This document shows positions 25,201-35,074 of a stretch of DNA of 64,000 bases, piece after piece. The stretch's first letter is position 1; every line of letters starts with the position of its first letter. The notes under the pieces were generated by a model. That model was not told the DNA's origin and ran no database searches. It saw nothing but the letters and a program-made list of their open reading frames with translations. The translations under genes were made by a program, and so were the position numbers. Location: NCBI GenBank assembly GCA_051362555.1, contig CM120648.1:9916587-9980586 (forward strand). The letters run 5' to 3'. The stretch is from Lingula anatina (lineage: Eukaryota; Animalia; Brachiopoda).

Positions 25201-26628
25201 GCGACAGCGACGGCGACGGCGACGACAGACGCAGATGATGGCTATATGTACAGACACATCTGTGTCTGTACATAAAAAGTAACTACTATTTCTTTTATTT
25301 CTACTATTTCTTTTATTTCATCTAGTTTATACAATATTTTCAGCGATTAAATGTTTTACGTAAAAAACAAGTGCTCCAGGAAGAGGGGGGGGGGGGGGGG
25401 GGGGGGATGTGACATGAACCCCTTTTATCATGTTTTTTTTTTTTGTTTGTAGAACTCTTCCGCGCACGGTGACGCCATCAGTAAACGGATGCCAAATCCG
25501 AAATCTCGAGCACGTGAGGGTGTACCTGTTGGCCAAGTTTGAGTCACGAGGGTTACTCAAGGTCACGCTGCAATCCCCATCGGGAACTGAATCTCTCCTC
25601 ATTCCAGGGAGGCCGAATGATAATTGGTCGAGATACTTGGAGGTAAATCATGACCGTCCGTCGTGATTTTTTTCTGGTTCTCCCCTTATCCAGCTCCCAA
25701 AGATCTTGGTATCGTTAATTTTAGATAATTCAGAAGCAGTCTTTAAAACGTTGGACTAAGGGTTCATCAGTCTATTAAGAAGTTAAACGAGTAGCCATAT
25801 GTCAAACGCTATATACTCAGTTAAGTGGTTCTCGTTTTTCCGTCTAGAGCAAGACTGGTATTATTCACAAAGCTGAAGCTTTGTTTCAAATGAGCGTATT
25901 GATAACGGGTTATCTATAGATTTCACCGTTTATCAGCTTACCAAGGGGTATGCACGAGTTACAATTTCCTCCTTCTCTTTTTAGATTTAATTTTAAATGG
26001 ATCTTGTCCTTTTGGTCGTCAACAGAAACTGAATTTACTGGTCCACTTCAATTGATTTATTAAATGGTAGGAAACTTATTTGGAAATGTACAAAATGTCG
26101 TGTTATACACGTTTGGCAATCCGTACCCTTGTCATTTTAGACGGTGATACTATATTTGTCGTTGCTAGGTTACCGTGACCAGTGTCCAGTTCTGGGGAGA
26201 ACGTCCGGAGGGAAACTGGACATTAAAGTTTGAAAGCACCACCGGAGATGCCAACCACACTGGTGAGGAAATCTATCAATTTCTCCATTCAACCGGTTAT
26301 TACAATATAAAATCGACTTTTAAATTTAGAAAAAGAGTTAACAGTGAGCAAATGAAAGCGGTGTTTTTAACTAGGTACCTTATAATGTACTTATTTTTTT
26401 ACAGGAATTCTGTACGATTACAACATCACCTTCTACGGGACGGCGTCTGGGAACCTGCCGATGCCAACTACATCCAGCGGGACAACTACCCCCTCTAGCG
26501 GGACAACTATCCCCTCTAGCGGCGCCCCACCTTGCGGTCCTACTTCGTCAAGTGGGACTAGCCGTGGACATACTTTCAGCGTTGTGTCAATTACTGTGAT
26601 ACTTATTTTCTTATTGGTCTTGTCATGA
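15564..26628 (+). CDS. Divergent furin/kexin-like proprotein convertase B (tandem paralog of A) with a C-terminal GPI-like signal, ~647 aa, 15 coding exons
   Basis: Exons 15564-15622, 16414-16558, 16751-16843, 17268-17378, 17629-17757, 17976-18040, 18429-18514, 18710-18888, 19411-19635, 20016-20119, 20707-20825, 21195-21315, 25453-25642, 26169-26262, 26405-26628 (1944 nt, frame closes). Motifs [65 protein letters not shown]; ends ...FSVVSITVILIFLLVLS*. Confidence 0.9.
18988..19208. mobile_element. MITE family C copy (intron 8 of convertase B)
   Basis: Close reverse-complement match to 21456-21675; tagatcgatc motifs near both ends. Confidence 0.7.
19729..19866. mobile_element. MITE family A, copy 2 (opposite orientation, shortened)
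   Basis: caggcccgtagc...gctacgggcct ends; internal gtggaccttt and ggggcggttctttcgaacccc. Confidence 0.65.
20199..20469. mobile_element. Fold-back MITE-like element
   Basis: Imperfect long inverted ends caggacccagtttcat...ggataaaattgt and acaatttt...atgatgggccctg. Confidence 0.45.
21456..21675. mobile_element. MITE family C copy (intron 12 of convertase B)
   Basis: TIR ccccattcccagagat...atctatgggaatgcg; inverted relative to 18988-19208. Degenerate relatives lie near 21905-22125, 36267-36510 and 40890-41100. Confidence 0.7.
22213..22269. repeat. (TA)n microsatellite
   Basis: Direct reading of the sequence. Confidence 0.9.
23650..25175. repeat. ~163-bp tandem repeat in two blocks of about 3 copies each
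   Basis: Recurrent tgcatatatgctgaaaaaagtgaaaaacagcataa...ttttcaaacttgacctgcgtattatgaatattcatcagttctg. Confidence 0.85.
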
Positions 26629-26981
26629 TTTGTGAATGAGACAATCTGGTCATAGCATGAAAAGATTTTATAGGTAATAGGTGGGAAGAAAGTTTTACTC
26701 GTATGTAACTGTTATGCAAATATTACATAAAATGTCTGCGTCACCGACGATAATCTGATGTTAGCCTTTTTCTTAAGTGGCCCAGTATAGATCACGCTTT
26801 TCAAGTCTGCCGTGAAAATATTAATATTGCTCTTGCCATCTGAGTAAAACACCCAGCCCTTGATCCAATTTCTAAATGATGCCCAATAAGGTGCTTATGA
26901 TAATTGTTTTATTTATTGCAGAAAAAAAATCTTCCGAGTATAGCTTTATGAATGTCATTTAGTTTGTACACTTTTTAGGGG

Positions 26982-27171
26982 CAGGTCCGTTTTAGCCAGG
27001 GGGGGGGGGGGGGGGTTCGGGGGGTTCGAAAGAACCGCCCCTTTTGTCAGGAAAAGGTCCATTTTGGGTAAAATTTTACATGCATCTAGGTACACATAAG
27101 TTTCATTGTAAAAGGTCCACTTTTTCAGAAGAAGAACCCCCCCCTTTTTGAATTTGTTGGCTACGGCCCTG
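26982..27171. mobile_element. MITE family A, copy 3
   Basis: Same internal sequence as 2697-2881; ends ggctacggccctg. Confidence 0.7.
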
Positions 27172-29600
27172 AGGGGTGTGCGTGTTCAGTGAAGAACTTT
27201 GGTTAAGGGAGAAGTAATCGACGTAAATTGCTAAGTTTTATAATTTCACATAGTGTTGTGGTCAAGTGTGCAGTGCCATAGCCATGCTTTCATGTACAAC
27301 TTGTTGTATGTTAAATTTGGAATATTGCCCATAGCTAAAACGTCTTTATTTACAAGACGTCAATTTAATTTGTGCCATTTTTATCGTGATAACGTGTTTT
27401 TAAGTATTTGAAAAAATTAAAATGCTTCCTTTTTATTTACTTTTCTGTATGTTTTAAATTTTTCAAATTTTGGATGTGAACACGGACTTTTTGATTGAAT
27501 AAACCTTTAACAGGCCGAGCAATGTTCCTATTTAGTGCATCGTCAATACCCAGATTTTGCAATGTGTAGGAATACAGAGCATCTACAACAATAACAACCA
27601 GTTAAAACAATAAATCACGTTTATTCTTGATACGGACTTAACACGTTTCCTTTCTTATTTGGTACAATTCGCAATTCTTTATCGGTAAATTTGTTATAGT
27701 AAAATATTTGCTCAAAAAAAAAAAAAAAAAAAAAAAAAACCGTTAATACTTTGTTTAGTACAAATCCTTACCTTTAACAATTATTTAGCTAGGCACGGGA
27801 GAAGTTGACCTAAAAAGGAAGATGGTTCACGCTGAAATTCAACAGTCGTCCCTACTCACTTCTAACATCTCGCTTCTTTTACATTGTCGACTTTCTAGGT
27901 CACCAATCTAGCACCCTACTGTGTTTATTTAACGCAATTCAATAGACGGCTTCTCCACAATTCACACCAAAAGTTTCTACATTCACTTGTAACGAGAACC
28001 GACAACGACTGCTTCCATCTCATCTTTTCCAATAGAAACATAAGATGTTCAAATGCTCTCACTTCGGCTCACTTTCTAATCGTCTTATTCATTTCAGCTG
28101 AATAAAACATCCAAAATTAAATCATATATCGCCACAGACGCACTTCGCTCAATAGCAAACCTTACAGCACTTATCTTCTATTCAAAGAACTCGAAAGGCG
28201 TAATGCATTTGGGGGTTCTACCACTATTAACTATAAACAAACTTACTTCTTTCAAAGACCCACCTCCTTCTCGCGCCCTCCATTTGGAAACGAGTGGGCA
28301 GTCTCACTCGAACAATCAAAATCTGCAAAGCAAACACACGTCATGGTTTTGCTTCTTCCTCTGTTTCGTTCCACCACCCAAACCATTTTCATCATCCGGT
28401 TCACCAAACAAAAGAAAAAATAACACAACGCACACATTCTTAAAGCTGGAGTTTTTATGTACAGACAACGTACTAGTTCTAAATGATACAATTACACAAC
28501 ACACTACTTTGATTCTTGTTCAAATATAAAAAATTGTAAATCGCACAATTACTCATATCAAACCTATTGTTCACCAAGCCTCTTTTATGGGTAAAAAAAT
28601 TCTATTTCTCTCAACCGAGTTCAACTTATTCCCACAGGCACCCATGTAAATTCAACTGTTTTGCACACACAAAATGCAAACTGACCTCAAATGATTTTCA
28701 AAAATAACTGCAATGCAACCCACTCAAATATCTAACATAGTGCCATCCTCTGTCATCAAATATTTCTTGGCCTACTGCCTTCCACATGAATCAGTTACAC
28801 AGCTACTGTATTACAGTAATATGTACTGTATATATATTTTATACAGAAACATTCCTGAAATTATAAATATGCTCATTTTTATGTATTAGTAAAGCGGTTT
28901 GCATATTGGAGTGGGTGTAGAATAGTTATATTTTGATTCAGCCAAAAACAGGAGGTAGAGAATGGAATTAAAGCTAATTTACAGCGTATATCTAGACAGG
29001 TGAAGATACACTTAAAACTATTAAACTTCAAAAACTTTAACAACTGTTTTCTTTCACAAAAAACTATAGAACAATCATTCCGTTTCAAGGTTCACACCCA
29101 AAATATCAACAACTTTTTTCATTGGTCAATTTTCAACCAATTATATCACCACAACTTATAATATAAAATGCCCTTATACAGGTTGATTATCAACCAATCA
29201 CTTTCTCACCTCTCGTCGTCTGCAATGTTACTACGAGTCTCATCCTCAAGGCATAAAATAAACAATCAGAATACTCATAACTTACAACCAAATACTGTCA
29301 TAAAACTTCGGATATACAATCTATTGTTCACACAACAATAATTATACATTTTACCAAACACGTTTTAACAAACATGTCATTTGAATCTGAATTTCCTCAA
29401 TCACATTTTTCCTCATTCAACAGGTCTTATAGGCTGGGTTGAAAATAATAATAAGCATCAACTTCATCCATGAATGAAACTAGCTTCAACCACGTGAACA
29501 CCCAATGCCAAGTTTGCATTTTCAGTTTCAGATCACGTGTACGATCTCGACGCCACCATCACCACCATCCTCAGTCAGCAACAGTTCAGATTCTTCGTGC

Positions 29601-29882
29601 CTTGTTCACACTTTCAAATCCCATCACTGTACACACCACTGGATTGGGTCACTGTTCACACCCGGTTTGAGTCATTATTCACACTATTCTTATTTGTGTC
29701 ACTGTTCACACTAGAGATCTGCCACTGTTCACACTTGGTTTGAAGCAACTGTTCACACTAGTCTGACTTGTGTCACTATTCACACCGAGTTTGTAACACT
29801 GTTCACACCCGGTTTGAAGCACTGTTCACACTAGTCTGATTTGTGTCACTATTCACACCTGAGTTTGTAACACTGTTCACAC
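29601..29882 (-). repeat. Array of 12 GTGTGAAYAGTG-type motifs (period 23-27 nt) in the presumptive TARDBP 3'UTR
   Basis: Plus-strand cactgttcacac, cactattcacac and close variants at 29601, 29625, 29650, 29673, 29700, 29723, 29747, 29774, 29797, 29820, 29847 and 29871. Confidence 0.85.
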
Positions 29883-30183
29883 CAATTTTTCACATGGAAT
29901 CTGCTCACAGTTTTAATACTCGCATACACTGCAAAGTTCACACCAATTAAAACTGTCTTTATCCAGATGTTGTTGCAAATTAAAACAGATCAGCATGGGC
30001 AAGTCCATATCACCCTCCCCCAAACACGCTTCCAAACTCTTCTTCAACCCCAATTCCACACTCAGTCTGGTAAATTTGTAAAAAATATTGCCTAGAATCC
30101 AAAGATTTCTCCCTCCCCCCATGAGTGGTTTATAAGACTTATTTACATGGATGATATATACCTGTGGTGGCCATCCCCCTCTC

Positions 30184-33100
30184 CTAATTCCACCCCCCTG
30201 TAGCCTTAGATTGCCCCCATCCAGAACTCCCATCCCCTGCCCCCTCTGTGGCCCCTGTCCCTCCCCAGCCCATATTCCCAAAACCTTGATTACTGGTCGC
30301 AGCTGCAGTGCTCCCCATGCTGCTCCCCGTCCCCATGCCATACCCCACCTGGCTCTGACTGCTCATGGTGGCATCTCCCGTCCCCTGGCTGCCCTGCCCC
30401 CCTTGATTCATACCCAGAAGGTTCGTCCAGCCGGCCGCTTGACCAGCCAAGGCAGCCTGAGCAGCAGCCATCATGGCTGCCGGGTTGAGGCCCAGGGCGC
30501 CCAAATTGAACCCCATCCCAAGTGGGTTGTTGCCCATGTTGTTTCCCCCCATGCTGTTACTCCCGCTGGAGCCAAACCCACCTTGCTGGCTACTCCCCCG
30601 GGAGTTTTGGTTGCCCCACCCTCCTTGTTGTCCGTACCCTTGGTTTCCACCCCCCATCCCCATTGGATTCTTCTGCCCCATGCCGCTTTTATCTTGGGAC
30701 TTGGGCGCGGCGTTACTGACGTGCACGCTCGCTCCCTTTATGATGTGGTCCTCTCCGCACAAACTCTGTGCCACGTCTGCATCGGCAAACGTCACAAACG
30801 CAAACGCTCGGAAAGGTTTGGGGATGAAGACGTCAATCACCTCACCAAACTTCGCAAAGTAGTTCCGCAGCTCGTCTGCTGTCATGTCCTCCGAGCAGCG
30901 CCCTACGAAGATCTTCCTGTTGACCTGTGAGTAGCCCTCCTGCAAAATCAAAGCAAGCTATCACAGCCATGGGATATTACCCTAGGATTCAAATAAGCAA
31001 CTGGCCTTGCATCACCCTCGACATGTGCTTCCTATGAGAAACTCTCAAGTGTCATATGTTAGGTTATGATCAGGCCACCAAAAAAGTCAACAGAAATACC
31101 ACATCCCTGTGGGTGCTACTACAGGTATACACCTGTAAACACTCCCAGGAACAATATATTAGCTCAATTTCCCATTGTTTCTATGGAAATCGGACAAAAA
31201 AAAAAGTGGTGCTCATACCATCTACTTAATGTTTGTGTATAGTGTAAGATTTTGTCATTTTTTATTGACTGAAAAACAACTAGTTGAATCTTAACATGCA
31301 CTTAGTACTTATCCACATCTGCTTCCTTAAGTGGTGTGAACTGGACTCTAGATGCATTCCCCTGCCCCCTTTCTACTTCAAATCAACAAACATCTCACAA
31401 ATCTCCTTTCTGCCACTTTTACAGGCTGGAGTCCTGCCAGCCCAGCCTTTGAGTTAGGGATCCTCACATCACACCACTTCCCGGCATCTATCATGTGATC
31501 CTCACATCACCACCTACCTGCCCAGCCTTTGAGTTAGGGATCCTCACATCACACCACCTCCTGTCTATCATGTGATCCTCACATCACCACCTACCTGCCC
31601 AGCCTTTGAGTTAGGGATCCTCACATCACACCACCTCCTGTCTATCATGTGATCCTCACATCACCACCTACGTGCCCAGCCTTTGAGTTAGGGATCCTCA
31701 CACAACACCACCTCCCGTCTATCATGTGATCCTCACATCACCACCTACGTGCCCAGCCTTTGAGTTGGGGATCCTCACACAACACCACCTCCTGTCTATC
31801 ATGTGATCTTCACAACACCACCTACCTGCCCAGCCTTTGAGTTAGGGATCCTCACACAACACCACCTCCTGTCTATCATGTGATCCTCACATCACCACCT
31901 ACCTGCCCAGCCTTTGAGTTAGGGATCCTCACATCACACCACCTCCTGTCTATCATGTGATCTTCACAACACCACCTACCTGCCCAGCCTTTGAGTTAGG
32001 GATCCTCACATCACACCACCTCCTGTCTATCATGTGATCCTCACATCACCACCTACCTGCCCAGCCTTTGAGTTAGGGATCCTCACACAACACCACCTCC
32101 TGTCTATCATGTGATCTTCACAACACCACCTACCTGCCCAGCCTTTGAGTTAGGGATCCTCACACAACACCACCTCCTGTCTATCATGTGATCTTCACAA
32201 CACCACCTACCTGCCCAGCCTTTGAGTTAGGGATCCTCACATCACACCATCTTCCGTCTATCATGTGTCGCTGTGATAAACACTTGTTCTGGCTTTCGTA
32301 ATCCCCAAACCTGATGAAACCAAACCCCTTGGACTGCCCTGTCTTTAAGTCTTTTTTCACCTGAAACAAAGTGAAAGAACTTTCTGCACACACTGTTTGG
32401 AAGTATAGGGAACAAATTAGATAAATCAGTATTAGTTTTTTTTAGATTAAATACCATTCCTATTTTGAAAATAAATTTTAATTCCACATGATTGAAACCA
32501 GAGAGTGAGTTTATCTGGAAATGAAATAAACATATTGGTCTTAAAGTTGTAAGTCATTTGTTACACAAGATTCAGTGCATCTTTTTAAACCCACTGTTAG
32601 AAACCAGAGCGAAAATAAAAATAAATTTAAATCAGTAGCAGTCCACTGAAAATATTTACCAGTTTTATTACAAAAATAAAGCTACTATTAAAGTCATAAT
32701 AACTCTTCGTTTTGGCCAAAAATTGGATTTTCCTGGAAAAAACGGCAATTTTCCCGTACTTACCAATGGCCAACGACCCCATTCCTGCATTCAAAGTTAA
32801 TCCAGGGTTTTTTTCCTAAACGTACGGTTTTTTGTTAAAATCTCTTAAGAGATTTTAACTGACGGAGCTCTCTCTGACATTGCAAAGTCACTGTTGACCT
32901 ACTTAAAACCGCGGGAAAAGCAGACAACAACAACACTATATAAGATTCATGAGATATATTCGTCTTTTTGTTAAAAATGCATTTATATCCACAATGTGTG
33001 CCATTCTGGGCTTTTCGTTATCCGACGCACTGTACAAAAACTCGCAACTTACGTCTGAGGGTTTCCCGCCATGTTATTTTGGTCTCGAATGAACGCGAGA

Positions 33101-34775
33101 ATCCGCGTTACACCATTACGTCATTAGCAACGAATGCACTTGTCGACCGGAAAAAAGGGATCGAAAGCCCTATTGACAAGCACAGATTTTAGTTTTCCTA
33201 CAATAACGGCCGTTTTAGTGGTAAAATACAATAGAATATATTTCCATGCGTTGTTTACAATGTATTTCATGCGGATTTTTGAATCTCAAAGGAAGAGTTA
33301 TTATTGCTTTAATTGATACCAATAATAACCCATATTGTGCTGCTCCAGAATTGAACTAGACCTACTATTTTGGCCTAATGTTATAAAACCAAATTTTTAG
33401 CAAGTTTTTTTCTTTTCTTATTTTTGTGAAACCCATCTTGGTGATCTAAATAAGTAGCAATGAGTACCTGTGCCATAATGACTTCACCGAACTGTGAGAA
33501 ATAAGCCTTCAAGTCATCCTCTGTGCTCTTCCAAGGCAAACCCAGCACTATCAGGTCACTGCATTTCTTGCTGTCTAGCCGCTTTGTTTTCACGTTGGGA
33601 TTTTCCAGGGTTTCATCTCCTTTTCTTTTGTTCTCTAAAACAGTAACACTTCCAATTATTATTTAAGACTTTGTTTATCTTATCAAATTTTTCTATTTGT
33701 AATCAATGACTGTTACATACTTATGTGCAGATATAATTTTTTTCTTGTTAAAAAAACAAATTTTGTAAAACTAAGTATGTGAAAGAAATAGGTAACACCT
33801 GAGGAAAACCCAAAAACATAACACAGGATTGTAGGCATCTGTTTTTGAAAATATTTTACTTATAGTTGTATATGAAGCAAGCATAGAATCCCTGTAATGC
33901 ACATATACCACTTTTACATGTTTCTTCAACAACTAAAATACAGTCAACATGCCAAAATATAAACCAAATTAATCACTCAGTCAACACAAAAAAAGATTCA
34001 AATTTCAATGATAATACTGTGCACACAATTGATAAACAAAGAGCAAGCCTAGTGGTACTAGATAAATGCAATGATTGTTATCTGACAAGACCAGAACATA
34101 CAAATGGTTACATGTACACAATTATCAGAGACAGGTCATGAAGTATATTTTATTTGCTCTGCAGAAATAAATTTTAGCATAACAATAAAAATATTTTATC
34201 TGTACCATGTGCCATAATAGACACCGAACAGTAAATAATAGTGGAATACACTGGCAGAAAGGGTTGGAGCAACAGAAAAAATCCCCAATCACCCCCACCC
34301 CCCCTCACACACAAACAAAGGGGTGCTTGAATATTTTGAGATAAGTAAAAGTGGGGTCTAGATCCACATGTGGAAACGAAAAACGGGCCATTAATAGGGC
34401 ACTAGTCTGAATTTTATAGGATTGTGACCAAAAGCAGCTGCGGCGAAGGCCAAGCGCCAGGTGCGCGATTGTAGTAAAACATCCAAGACAAGACTTACGA
34501 TAAAAATCCACAGATGCGTTTGAAAATGCATCTCTACCTTTTGGAAAAACTGCAAAATAGACCATGTTGCCCCATATGCCATCCGGCGGATGCAACCTCC
34601 CTTCCACTAGCCGGATTCCGCGTAATGCCCCGGTCTCTGGATTTCTGTACTTCAATCCGCTGGCACCGGGGAACTGTGCAACTAAAGTGGAGAGATGCAA
34701 GGTCCCATCATCCTCGCTTGGTAATTCTATTGGTTCCTCACTTTCGTCCTCGGCAACTTGAAGATACTGACTCAT
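30184..34775 (-). CDS. TARDBP: TAR DNA-binding protein 43 (TDP-43), ~436 aa, 4 coding exons
   Basis: Exons 34775-34538, 33634-33468, 32360-32211, 30939-30184. [29 protein letters not shown]; NLS KRK...KTKR; RRM1 DLIVLGLPW...KGFGFIRF...HMIDGRWCD; RRM2 KIFVGR...RAFAFVTF; Gly/Gln/Asn-rich tail with [13 protein letters not shown]. Confidence 0.97.
31441..32268 (-). repeat. 11-copy 77-bp tandem array made of the 3' end of TARDBP coding exon 3 plus its splice donor
   Basis: cccagcctttgagttagggatcc recurs at 31441, 31521, 31598, 31675, 31752, 31829, 31906, 31983, 32060, 32137 and 32214; the last copy is the true exon end. Confidence 0.93.
32688..33312. mobile_element. Non-autonomous TTAA-flanked DNA transposon (Kolobok/piggyBac-like)
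   Basis: ttaaagtcataataactcttc...gaagagttattattgctttaa inverted ends; a related end lies at ~62990-63078. Confidence 0.6.
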
Positions 34776-35074
34776 TCTGTACCTGTGAATAAATACCCAA
34801 CGGCTACAAAGTTCGGTAGAATTAAAGGCGTTTATACAGTATTTCTCTCACGCAGTTTCACCACGCTCAGCTCACAGGGATCGCAAAGCCTCATGGGACA
34901 TGTCGATTCGCATTTCGTTTTACGATACGTACGTTTTTAGTAGAATACAAAAGATGAAAAAACAGAATTATATATTTAGTCAACCATGAGAACATTTGAT
35001 AATCTTTTTGAGTTCCAAGTTAAATAAAATCTCGTTGACTAGAGTTGTAAACAACCGGAAGTTTATTTGTAAAA
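34776..35074. promoter_or_regulatory. Compact bidirectional promoter region between TARDBP and LPCAT3
   Basis: Divergent ATGs are only ~300 bp apart. ETS/GABP-type ccggaagt at 35055-35062; YY1-like aaaatggc overlaps the LPCAT3 ATG. Confidence 0.6.

Larger units (their letters stand above)
21740..25278 (+). mobile_element. Non-autonomous Helentron-type (HINE-like) element carrying ~163-bp tandem repeats
   Basis: 5' aacaaggcagcaaagctgtc...atgtacagaca; ~163-bp repeats at about 23650-24160 and 24690-25175; (ggcgac)n microsatellite at ~25185-25230; perfect 14-bp-stem hairpin tatgtacagacaca-tc-tgtgtctgtacata at 25245-25274, then an A-run. The 5' boundary is inferred. Confidence 0.6.

Noticed and set aside
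23585-25238. Short ORFs beginning MLKKVKKQH
   Set aside because: Chance frames within the ~163-bp tandem repeat.
29601-29882. CRISPR-like repeat-spacer appearance
   Set aside because: Repeats (12 nt) and spacers (11-15 nt) are too short, spacers recur, the context is eukaryotic and there are no cas genes.
30151-30930. 259-aa and 129-aa plus-strand ORFs
   Set aside because: Antisense shadows of the GC-rich TDP-43 last exon, with no recognisable motifs.
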